Of a stretch of DNA of 29,744 nucleotides, positions 9,850-18,813 are shown in pieces. The translations under genes and the position numbers were made by a program. How positions within the stretch are numbered: position 1 is the stretch's first letter; each line of letters begins with the position of its first letter. The notes under the pieces are model-generated. The model was given only the letters and a program-made list of their open reading frames with translations, made no database searches and had not been told where the DNA came from. Source of the stretch: a candidate division WOR-3 bacterium (lineage in GTDB: Bacteria > Hydrothermota > Tepidihabitantia > SM23-42 > JAOAFX01); the NCBI GenBank assembly GCA_039802265.1, contig JBDRWI010000025.1:1-29744 (forward strand), read 5' to 3'.

Positions 9850-9903
9850 ATTTTCAACCTTAAACTATTCTTTCCCGGTATTCTAATTCCAACCTTCATA
9901 ATA

Positions 9904-11586
9904 CTACTCTTTATCCATCGGTATTTTTATCTTATTTCTTCTGGCAAATTCAATTGCCTCCTTATATCCGGCATCATAATGCCGGACAATGCCGATTCCC
10001 GGGTCATTGGTTAAGACCCTTTCAATCCTTTTATCCATCATTTCCGTCCCATCACAGACCAGGACCTGCCCCGCATGTATAGAATAGCCAATTCCCACAC
10101 CACCACCGTGGTGAACCGAAACCCAGGAGGCGCCCGAGGCAGTATTCAGCAGGGCGTTTAAAATCGGCCAGTCGGCAATTGCATCAGAACCATCAAGCAT
10201 ACCTTCGGTCTCACGGTAGGGCGATGCGACCGAGCCACAATCCAGGTGGTCGCGACCGATGACAATTGGCGCACTGAGTTTCTTATTCCGAACCAGGCGA
10301 TTAATCTCCAGTCCAAATCGGTCTCTTTCTCCATAACCGAGCCACATAATTCGGGCTGGAAGACCCTGAAAAGGAATCTTTTTCTGTGCCAGTTCAATCC
10401 AGCGTCTTATAGATGGGTCTTCACCGAACATTTCAAGAACTTTGTTATCTAAAAGATAGATGTCATCTTTTTCACCGGATAGCGCTGCCCAGCGGAATGG
10501 TCCTTTGCCCTCACAGAATAATGGTCTGATATATTCCGGAACAAAGCCCGGAATCTTGAAGGGGTCACTAACCCCGGCCCTCTTCGCCTGACCCCGGATA
10601 TTATTACCATAATCAAAGGCAATCGCCCCCTTTTTTTGCATCTCCAGCATTGCCTCCATATGGCGGGCGATCGACTCCAGAGACCTTTTCTTATATTCCT
10701 CGGGATTGCTCTTACGGAGCGCCAATGCCTCATCAAGGCTCATACCCCCAGGCACATACCCATTCAATTCATCATGGGCAGAAGTCTGGTCTGTCAGGAC
10801 GTCCGGTATAACATTTCTCTTAACAAGTTCTGGTTCAACATCCGCACAATTTCCCACAAGCCCGACTGAGCGTGGAATCTTCTTTTTAACCGCCTCAAAT
10901 ACCAGGCGTAATGCCTCATCAAGGTCATAAACGATCATGTCACAAAATCCCTGTTTTAACCTCCGCTCAATCCTTTTTGGGTCAATCTCAATATCAAGTA
11001 TCACACCTTCATTCATTGTAACCGCAAGGGGCTGGGCACCGCTCATACCACCCATACCACCAGTCAAGACCCATTTGCCTTTCAATGTTCCACCAAAATG
11101 TCTCCTTGCACAGGCAGCAAAGGTTTCATAGGTTCCCTGAATGATTCCCTGGGTTCCAATATAAATCCAACTCCCGGCAGTCATCTGTCCGTACATTATT
11201 AAACCGAGCATCTCCAGTTTTCTAAAATAATCCCAGTTTGCCCAGGCAGGAACCAATAGAGAATTGGCAATCAATACCCTCGGTGCATATTCAAATGTTT
11301 TAAAGATACCTACGGGCTTTCCGGACTGAATGAGCAACGTCTCGTCGTTTTCTAAATTCTTTAATGATTCTACAATTTTATTGTAGCATTCCCAGTTCCT
11401 TGCCGCCTTACCGCATCCGCCGTAGACAATCAATTCTTCGGGTCTTTCAGCGACATCCGGATCAAGGTTATTCTGGAGCATCCTCAAGGCACCTTCCTGT
11501 TGCCAGGATTTACAGCTGATTTTATTACCACGATGGGCAGTTATGGGTCTATAAACAAATTCCCTCAACTTCATGGTTTTTCTCAT
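9904..11586 (-). CDS. hutU: Urocanate hydratase
   Basis: [39 protein letters not shown] and HHGGGVGIG motifs; GGAGG precedes the ATG at 11586 (11574 is an alternative start). Confidence 0.97.
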   Translation of the reverse strand: MRKTMKLREFVYRPITAHRGNKISCKSWQQEGALRMLQNNLDPDVAERPEELIVYGGCGKAARNWECYNKIVESLKNLENDETLLIQSGKPVGIFKTFEYAPRVLIANSLLVPAWANWDYFRKLEMLGLIMYGQMTAGSWIYIGTQGIIQGTYETFAACARRHFGGTLKGKWVLTGGMGGMSGAQPLAVTMNEGVILDIEIDPKRIERRLKQGFCDMIVYDLDEALRLVFEAVKKKIPRSVGLVGNCADVEPELVKRNVIPDVLTDQTSAHDELNGYVPGGMSLDEALALRKSNPEEYKKRSLESIARHMEAMLEMQKKGAIAFDYGNNIRGQAKRAGVSDPFKIPGFVPEYIRPLFCEGKGPFRWAALSGEKDDIYLLDNKVLEMFGEDPSIRRWIELAQKKIPFQGLPARIMWLGYGERDRFGLEINRLVRNKKLSAPIVIGRDHLDCGSVASPYRETEGMLDGSDAIADWPILNALLNTASGASWVSVHHGGGVGIGYSIHAGQVLVCDGTEMMDKRIERVLTNDPGIGIVRHYDAGYKEAIEFARRNKIKIPMDKE

Positions 11587-11685
11587 CAAACCTCCCAATA
11601 TATGGGTAAAAAAGGCTTAAGAGGCTCACCCCTGAGCCAAATTTATTTTTTTATCACCTCTTCCCCACTCCATAAATCTTATACA

Positions 11686-11713
11686 ATTTTACACCAAAAA
11701 ACCTAACTGTCAA
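11686..11713 (-). promoter_or_regulatory. Sigma70-type promoter for hutU
   Basis: Minus strand TTGACA (11713-11708), 16 nt, TAAAAT (11691-11686). Confidence 0.6.
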
Positions 11714-11728
11714 TAGCGAGATTTCGCG

Positions 11729-12286
11729 CTATGTTTCTCTGATTTCCTTTTCTTTCTTTTTTAAAATCTCGTCCACTTTTTTAATATATTCATCGGTCAT
11801 CTTCTGGATTGTATCCTGCAATTTGAATGAATCATCTTCTGAAATCTTTTTATCTTTTTCCAGTTTTTTTATTTCATTATTTGCTTCCCGTCTTATATTT
11901 CTGATGGCAATCTTACACTCTTCACCCAGTTTTTGATTCAATTTTATCAACTCCTCACGCCGCTCGGTAGTCAGGGGGGGTAATGGCAATCTAATCACAT
12001 TACCATCATTATTGGGAACGAGTCCTAAACCAGCCTTATTGATTGCCTTTTCAATTGCTTGCAGTGCCTGTTTATCCCAGGGTTGAACTACAATCAATCT
12101 TGGTTCTGGAATGGTAATGCTTGCCACCTGATTTAAAGGCAGAAGGCTACCGTAGTATTCAACTTTTATTCCGTCAAGTAATGCCGGAGATGCCCTTCCG
12201 GTTCGAACCTTAGCCAGTTCTCCCGACAAAAGATTTAATGACTTTTCCATCTTTGTCTTTGTCTCGGTTTTAATTTTTTCAATCAT
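11729..12286 (-). CDS. frr: Ribosome recycling factor
   Basis: VRTGRASP, PPLTTERR, IRNIRR; 185 aa; follows pyrH. Confidence 0.97.
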   Translation of the reverse strand: MIEKIKTETKTKMEKSLNLLSGELAKVRTGRASPALLDGIKVEYYGSLLPLNQVASITIPEPRLIVVQPWDKQALQAIEKAINKAGLGLVPNNDGNVIRLPLPPLTTERREELIKLNQKLGEECKIAIRNIRREANNEIKKLEKDKKISEDDSFKLQDTIQKMTDEYIKKVDEILKKKEKEIRET

Positions 12287-12365
12287 AAAACCTCCCCGAA
12301 TAAATCAAAAATGGACAATATTGGGCAGCGGCGCCTCATCTTTTCTTTTTTAGCCATAAACGGAT

Positions 12366-13064
12366 TTATGTGATGAGGGTTCCGATTCTTTCCCCGGCGA
12401 TGATTTTCTTAAGTGGATATTTCATAAGGTTATAGACACAAATTGGAATATTGGCCTCTTTACAGATGTTAAATGCTGATGCATCCATTACCTTTAAATT
12501 CTTATCAATCACCTCCTGGAATTTTATCCGGTGATAAAATCGGACATTTTTTGTTTTAAAGGGGTCATCCGAAAAGACACCCTCAACCTTCGTTCCTTTG
12601 ATGAGCAGGTCCGCATTCATTTCACAGGCCTTTATTGCGGCTGCGGTGTCAGTGGTGAAAAGGGGGCTGCCGGTACCACCAACAAATATCATCACCGCTC
12701 CCCGGTCATAGAGGATTTTATCTTCCAATAAGTTGAAACGGGGAACAACTCCTTTTACTTCAAGATTGCTGCGCAGATAGACATCAACCTTTCTCTCCTT
12801 TAAAAGCGAAGATAGAATTATACCATTGATTATGGTTCCCACCATTCCACATAAATCGGCATCTATGCGATTGAACCAATCTGTGATATTCCCCCTTATG
12901 ATGTTTCCGCCTCCAATGACAATGCCGATTTTCAAACCTAATTTATAAACCGAGATAATTTCCTGGGAGAGATATTTAAAGACCTCAGAATCCAAACCTT
13001 CTTTTTCTCCCCCCAGCACCTCCCCGGATATTTTGAGGATAACTCGGTTATATTTAAATCCCAT
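12366..13064 (-). CDS. pyrH: Uridylate kinase
   Basis: LKISGE, GGGNIIRG, FTTDTAAA, VMDASA; the ATG at 13064 just after the tsf stop is preferred over the track's 13094. Confidence 0.95.
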   Translation of the reverse strand: MGFKYNRVILKISGEVLGGEKEGLDSEVFKYLSQEIISVYKLGLKIGIVIGGGNIIRGNITDWFNRIDADLCGMVGTIINGIILSSLLKERKVDVYLRSNLEVKGVVPRFNLLEDKILYDRGAVMIFVGGTGSPLFTTDTAAAIKACEMNADLLIKGTKVEGVFSDDPFKTKNVRFYHRIKFQEVIDKNLKVMDASAFNICKEANIPICVYNLMKYPLKKIIAGERIGTLIT

Positions 13065-13068
13065 CTTT

Positions 13069-13656
13069 CTACTCGCCAAGACGAAAGCGGACAAATCTTC
13101 TAATTACGATATTCTCACCAAATTTGGCGATTTGCTCCTTTAAGTAATCACCAACGGTCTTTTCGGGAATCTTCACAAAAGGCTGTTCTAAAAGGCAGAC
13201 TGCATTATAAAACTTTTCCATCTTGCCTTCAATAATCTTTTCAATTATCTGGGGTGGTTTTTTTAAATCCTGTATCTGACTCCGATAAATCTCTTTTTCT
13301 CGCTCCACAACATCCTGGGGAAGTTCCTCACGATTAACCACAAGTGGTTCACTGGCGGCGATCTGTAGGGCAATATCCCGAACAAATCTTCTGAATTCCT
13401 GATTGCGGGCAACAAAATCAGTTTCACAGTTCACTTCAACGAGCACACCCAATCGATCGCCGGGGTGGATGTAGGCATCAATTATACCTTCTTTGGTTAT
13501 CCTTCCCGACCGCTTTGCGGCAAGAGCCAGTCCCTTCTTTCTTAAAAGGTCAATGGCCTTCTCAATATCTCCATTTGTCTGTGCCAGCGCATCCTTACAA
13601 TCTACAATTCCGGCACCGGTTCGTTCTCTCAATTCCCGGATTTTTTCCATTTCCAT
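13069..13656 (-). CDS. tsf: Elongation factor Ts (short form)
   Basis: LRERTGAGIVDCKDAL, EVNCETDFVA; 195 aa; AGGAGG SD. Confidence 0.97.
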   Translation of the reverse strand: MEMEKIRELRERTGAGIVDCKDALAQTNGDIEKAIDLLRKKGLALAAKRSGRITKEGIIDAYIHPGDRLGVLVEVNCETDFVARNQEFRRFVRDIALQIAASEPLVVNREELPQDVVEREKEIYRSQIQDLKKPPQIIEKIIEGKMEKFYNAVCLLEQPFVKIPEKTVGDYLKEQIAKFGENIVIRRFVRFRLGE

Positions 13657-13670
13657 TTTATACCTCCTTT

Positions 13671-14366
13671 CTACTCGGTCTCAAATCCTTTTCTGCCTTC
13701 GATAACCGCATCGGCAATGATTTTGCTGACAAGACCGATTGCTCTGATTGAATCGTCGTTGCCGGGTATGGGATATGTAACACCGGTTGGGTCAACATTT
13801 GTATCAACAATTGCCACTACCGGAATATTCATCTTCTGTGCCTCACGCAGGGCAGTTTCGTCTTTAATAACATCAACAATGTAGAGCAAGCCGGGCAACC
13901 TATCCATCTCTTTTATCCCTTCAAAATATTTTAAGAGTTTACTGTACTCCCTTTCGGCAATGGAGAGTTCTTTTTTGGGCAGCATTGCCCAGCGTCCATC
14001 TTCCTTCATCTGTTCCAGTTCACGAAGTCTTTGGACCCTCGTATAAAGGACATCGAAATTTGTCAACAGTCCACCCAGCCATCGTTCAGTAATATAAAAT
14101 GCATGACACCTCAATGCCTCTTCCTTTATTACATCCTTTGCCTGTTTCTTGGTGCCGACGAATAAAATCCCCTTACCCTGCTCAGCAATTCTCACCGTCG
14201 CTTCGTATGCCCTCTTTAGAGCCTCCTGGGTCTGTCTCAAATCTATGATATGAACTCCATTTCTCTTGCCAAAGATATACCTCGCCATTTTGGGATTCCA
14301 CCGTCTTGTCCGGTGGCCAAAATGAATGCCGGTAGAGATTAAATCTTCAATTGTCACTATTTCCAA
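13671..14366 (-). CDS. rpsB: 30S ribosomal protein S2
   Basis: GIHFGH, WNPKM, RWLGGLLTNF, PGNDDS; TTG start with AAGGAGG SD. Confidence 0.97.
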   Translation of the reverse strand: MEIVTIEDLISTGIHFGHRTRRWNPKMARYIFGKRNGVHIIDLRQTQEALKRAYEATVRIAEQGKGILFVGTKKQAKDVIKEEALRCHAFYITERWLGGLLTNFDVLYTRVQRLRELEQMKEDGRWAMLPKKELSIAEREYSKLLKYFEGIKEMDRLPGLLYIVDVIKDETALREAQKMNIPVVAIVDTNVDPTGVTYPIPGNDDSIRAIGLVSKIIADAVIEGRKGFETE

Positions 14367-14384
14367 CTTACCTCCTTATAACCA

Positions 14385-14768
14385 TCAACGTTTAGAAAAC
14401 TGGAATCGTTTCCGTCGTTTTGCCAGACCATATTTCATTCGCTCCTTCTCCCTGGGGTCGCGCTTCAATAGCCCCGCGCTCTTCAATGTCGGCTTTAATT
14501 CGGGATTGATATTGATCAGGGCACGGGCAATACCCAAACTTAACGCGCCCGCCTGTCCAGCAATCCCTCCTCCGATCACCTTTGCCTGTATGTCATAATT
14601 CCCTTTGACACCAGCGGTGACAAGGGGCAGATTGACGATATCCACGAGGTCCTTACGGCAGAAATATTTAAGAGGGTCTCTGCCATTAACAGTTATTATC
14701 CCCTTACCCGGAGAAATTTTTACCTTGGCAACCGCCCTCTTTCTTGAACCCACAATTATTGCACCCAT
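14385..14768 (-). CDS. rpsI: 30S ribosomal protein S9
   Basis: GGGIAGQAGA, RDPREKERMKYGL, QFSKR C-terminus. Confidence 0.97.
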   Translation of the reverse strand: MGAIIVGSRKRAVAKVKISPGKGIITVNGRDPLKYFCRKDLVDIVNLPLVTAGVKGNYDIQAKVIGGGIAGQAGALSLGIARALININPELKPTLKSAGLLKRDPREKERMKYGLAKRRKRFQFSKR

Positions 14769-14784
14769 CTATAATCCCCCTTTC

Positions 14785-15213
14785 TTATATCTCAATCAAC
14801 TCTGGTACCTGCGCCTTGTGGGGATGTTCCTCGCCGAGATAGAGCTTCAGTCTCTTCAACCTCTTAGCCCTTAATTTATTGTCGGGTAGCATCCCGCGCA
14901 CTGCGTGATAGAGAACCTTCTTGGGATTCTTTTCTAACAAAAGTTTCAAGTTTATCTTTTTCAATCCACCCGGATAGAAGGAATGGTGATAATAAATCTT
15001 ATCGGTCATTTTTTTGCCAGTTACTCTGAACTTATCGGCATTCAGAACGACCACAAAATCGCCACAATCTATATTCGGAGAATACTGGGGCTTATCCTTG
15101 CCCATCAAAATCCGTGCAATCCTTGTCGCCATTCTGCCTAAAATCTTATCCCGAGCATCAACCAGGTACCACTTTCTTTTAATCTCTGCCTTGTTCAAAA
15201 TCTTTGTTTTCAT
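14785..15213 (-). CDS. rplM: 50S ribosomal protein L13
   Basis: WYLVDA, LGRMAT, DCGDFVVV, AVRGMLP, HPHKAQ. Confidence 0.97.
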   Translation of the reverse strand: MKTKILNKAEIKRKWYLVDARDKILGRMATRIARILMGKDKPQYSPNIDCGDFVVVLNADKFRVTGKKMTDKIYYHHSFYPGGLKKINLKLLLEKNPKKVLYHAVRGMLPDNKLRAKRLKRLKLYLGEEHPHKAQVPELIEI

Positions 15214-15220
15214 AATATAT

Positions 15221-15248
15221 ATTATATAAAAAATTAGCCCGAAGTCAA
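15221..15248 (-). promoter_or_regulatory. Sigma70-type promoter of rplM, probably giving a leaderless mRNA
   Basis: TTGACT (15248-15243), 16 nt, TATAAT (15226-15221), then 7 nt to the ATG; no SD. Confidence 0.7.
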
Positions 15249-15306
15249 CCCATCGGTTAACTTCTTCCTCTTTCCTTTGCTGGCACAGAAAGTTCGGGAT
15301 TTCAGG

Positions 15307-15338
15307 GCTTTACTCTCCAATGAGTTGGAGGGTAAGGC
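15307..15338 (+). other. 14-bp hairpin in intergenic region
   Basis: GCTTTACTCTCCAA-TGAG-TTGGAGGGTAAGGC pairs fully, with two G-U pairs on the + strand. Confidence 0.55.
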
Positions 15339-15389
15339 GAGTAAGAAAGTGCCTTGAACAAAAGCACAGGTAAAGATTTAATTCAATTT

Positions 15390-17605
15390 TCAGCGCCGGA
15401 AGAGGTATTGAATTTTCAAGAAAATCTGGGATTTAGTATGCTCATATCCTCCAATATCAAGAGGCGTTTCATTATTAAAATTGTGATTGGCGCCAAGATA
15501 AAAAAGGGTTAAGGGCGTGGGTGTGAATGAAAATAAAGGGGCAATGAGTAGATTCTTGTTGCTGGAGTTGTATTGTCCGATAACACGGAAACTCATAAAA
15601 CGGGTAAATGTATAAGAAAAATTCAATTCATAGGTCTTCTGGTTATATATCCACTCACCAAATTCTTCAGCCCAGAAGAGATACCAGTTATATTTTAATC
15701 TGGCTGACAATGGACCAAAATTATAATCAAACCAGAAATCGGGATATAGACTATAGCCCAGACTTAATGGTGTAGAATAGTAGTTTATTGAGCGACCATA
15801 GTTCAGAAACATACCTACTGACAGGGATTTTAGGGTATAACTTGATAAACTTGCACTATAAGGCCACATATCATTAAACCACATATCACGATAGAATTTA
15901 TCACTCAATTGATAGATAAACCGAGTGTTGATTAAATATTTAAATTGAAGGGTTATACCACAACTCCGACTGAGACCGGTTTTTATTCCAAAGTATCTAT
16001 GTGCCCTTTCAAATTGCAATTCTGGAGTAACCGATTCAATAAAATATTTTTTTATTATCCACGGAAAATCCATATTTTGTCCAGTCATTATAGTTAATAA
16101 AACCAAGGTCTGCCCGAAATTCTGGAGAGAGGGCTTTGAAATAACCATTGAAATTGAGATATTTTCTTTTATGGAAATACTCTATTAGCATCCCATTCCC
16201 CGTAAACTCTTCCCCATCAAATCTTGCAGTCCGACCATTGAATTCTATTCCATAACCATTAAACAACAATGTATCAAATGGCTCTTTTGTCCAGGTCAAT
16301 ATCCCCTGAAATTTTACAGTGTTTTCTTTCAAAAATCCAAATGCACCATCAAGACCAAATGTCCGATTAAAACCACCTTCTACTATCTCTCTGTCCGTGC
16401 TTAAAAGCCCAAAATAAGTATCTTCAAGCAGGGTCTTCTTCAATCTTAAGATATTATTTGAACTCATTTTATCACTACCAATACTGAAACTCCGCTCCGT
16501 AAAGGGAAGAATAAATGGTGTATGGCGGTCAAGGCCAAAGATATAACCCATTGAATAGTCCTTAATGCTACCGGTATATTTAACTACAACAAATGGGTCA
16601 TTTATCATCCTTGTATAAAAAACCTCAAACGGCGTCTCAAAGAATGTTTTTCTTTCGGTAAAGAACGGTCGCTTCTCTTCATAATAAAGGGCAGATGTGG
16701 TATTGACATCAATCTGCGGAACATTGGTCTCAATCTGAGAGAAGTCAGGTAAAATAGCAAAATCAAGGATATTATCATAATTGAAGTAGTATTTACCGCC
16801 AAATCCAAGTCGCAGATTAGGATCGGTCAGTGTGTCAATGGTCAAACCACTGGTTAAATACGGCAGGAACTCAATCCTTTCAGGCTTTGCAATCCGGTCA
16901 TTTATATGCATCCGGGCAAAGTATTTTGTACTGAGTTCATCGCGCACTTTAGGTGATAAGTGATACACGTTATAGAACTCAATTGCTAGTATCCGCCCAA
17001 AATCCGCCCGCCAAGTATCTATATAATTTGAATAAAACCTGAGACTCTAAAATGGAATCTGGACCTCTACAGTCCAACAGGTATCTAAAATCTTTGCATC
17101 CGCATACCAGATGAAATCATCAAGGAGTTCGCTCTCAGAGAGAAGTCCTGGGGTAATTTCAACAGTGTAGTGAACGAGGCTACGAATCCCTTTTGGCGTT
17201 ACCCAGAATAGGTACTTATCGGTCTTGGTGGTAGATGGGTTGATGACTATCTCTATCCGGTCATCCTCAAGCATCTCTTTGGAAACACCGTGCTTTTTAG
17301 CGTTTGCTCGGATTTTGTTCATCTCGTGCTCTACACATATAAAACCGAAATATAAATTTCTATCGTCATAACCCACAAAGACAATCGTCTTTTTTTTGTG
17401 CAATCTTACCATATTCAGGGTCATTTACAATGTAATCTCGGAAATCCTTATCTATCCTTGTTGCCTCCTTCCAGCAGGGGTCATTTAAATAACCATCAAT
17501 CACCGGTGGCTTTGTAATCCTATTTGCCTTGAACTCATAAGGGACAAAACCGAAGGTAAGATTGATTCCACAGAATGTGCTTATTAAATAAATTAATTTC
17601 TTCAT
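15390..17605 (-). pseudogene. Disrupted CBM9-like/DUF5916-type outer-membrane protein (about 737 aa if repaired)
   Basis: Signal peptide MKKLIYL..., PVIDGYLNDPCW, YDDRNLYFGF, EVQIPF*SLRF, PDFSQIE, YEEKRPFF, FRADLGF, barrel-type end FLKIQYLFRR. Four track ORFs join after removing one base from T8 (17390-17397) and one from T7 (16047-16053) and reading through TAG (17049-17047). Confidence 0.85.
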
Positions 17606-17722
17606 ACTACATAATTTCAATATCTTTTTAAAGCCAAATGCCTTACGGTTTTCTGCAAGGCTAAACATTGCCTTCCTAACATTTTTCTGGCATATTTTCA
17701 AAAATTTTCGAAGCGAAGACCT

Positions 17723-18400
17723 TTAAGGATTGGCTCTTTTTCGATCTCTGCCCAATTTTTCTTTAATTTCTGACTCTAAAAACCCTATCAATTCTTTAAA
17801 ACCCTGTCCGGTCTTTGCGGAAACCTCAAAGACTATCGCCTTAGGATTCTTATCCATTATATTCTTCCTTGCCTTTTTAATTTTAAAATCTAAGTAGGAA
17901 AGGAGGTCGGTCTTATTGATAATGACGACTTTTGCCAGATGGAATAATAACGGATACTTTATTGGTTTATCATCCCCTTCTGGAGTTGATAAAATAGCAA
18001 TCTTATAATCCTCACCGATATCAAATTCTGCAGGGCAGACGAGATTCCCGACATTTTCTATTAATATCAAATCGTAGGGCTTTTTAATTTGGGGTATTGC
18101 CTGGGCGGTCATAAAGGCATCAAGATGGCACTCGGTTAATGTATTTATCTGAATCGTATCAACCTTTAGTTTACTCAATCTTTCACTGTCAATTGAGCCC
18201 TTAATATCACCTTCAATAACTAAAATTTTATATCTTGGTTTCAATTTCTTTACTATCTGCTCAATTACTGAGGTCTTCCCCGAACCTGGAGAGCCAATTA
18301 TATTCAAAACCAAACTCTTTGTTTTATCAAAGAACTTCCGATTTTCTTTTGCCCGCTGTTGATTTGAAACCAGAACTGGTTTTAGAACATTGATTTTCAT
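17723..18400 (-). CDS. hypB: Nickel-insertion GTPase HypB
   Basis: GSPGSGKT, IEGD, CHLDA, ENVGNLVCPA, EGDDKPIKYP, NKTD; GGAGG SD before the ATG at 18400. Confidence 0.95.
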   Translation of the reverse strand: MKINVLKPVLVSNQQRAKENRKFFDKTKSLVLNIIGSPGSGKTSVIEQIVKKLKPRYKILVIEGDIKGSIDSERLSKLKVDTIQINTLTECHLDAFMTAQAIPQIKKPYDLILIENVGNLVCPAEFDIGEDYKIAILSTPEGDDKPIKYPLLFHLAKVVIINKTDLLSYLDFKIKKARKNIMDKNPKAIVFEVSAKTGQGFKELIGFLESEIKEKLGRDRKRANP

Positions 18401-18420
18401 ATTCCTCCTTATTAAATTCG

Positions 18421-18762
18421 TCATTCCCCTTCTATTGATTCTACATAAAACTCTCTCCCCGATATTATTTCAAGTTCTATGTTACCACATTGGGGACAGA
18501 TAAAAATTGGCTCGAGTATTTCATCTTCATATTGACAATTGTAGCACCGAATTCTAATCGGAATTTCTGAAAATTCAATTCGTGCCGATTCGCATCGGGT
18601 TGAAACCTTAAGGTAATCAAAATAGAAATTTATCGCCGCGGGCGAAAAACCGGTAAACTTTCCCAATTTTAACTTTATTAAACGAATTGAACTAATTCCG
18701 TGTTTTTCCGCCTCCTGATTGCATAGTTCAACCAGCGATTTGGTTACGCTATATTCATGCAT
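18421..18762 (-). CDS. hypA: Nickel metallochaperone HypA
   Basis: N-terminal MHE; two CxxC motifs (CYNC, CPQC); GREFYVESIE. Confidence 0.95.
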   Translation of the reverse strand: MHEYSVTKSLVELCNQEAEKHGISSIRLIKLKLGKFTGFSPAAINFYFDYLKVSTRCESARIEFSEIPIRIRCYNCQYEDEILEPIFICPQCGNIELEIISGREFYVESIEGE

Positions 18763-18813
18763 ACTACAAATTACCCAAAGAAATAAAATAAGAACGGCAC
18801 AAAGGCGATTGTT

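Noticed and set aside
11729..15213. rplM-rpsI-rpsB-tsf-pyrH-frr order and short EF-Ts as novelties
   Set aside because: Both are already known from several phyla.
17047..17049. In-frame TAG as pyrrolysine or stop-codon reassignment
   Set aside because: The same gene has two frameshifts, and TAG terminates intact genes here (hutU, frr, tsf, rpsB, lgt).
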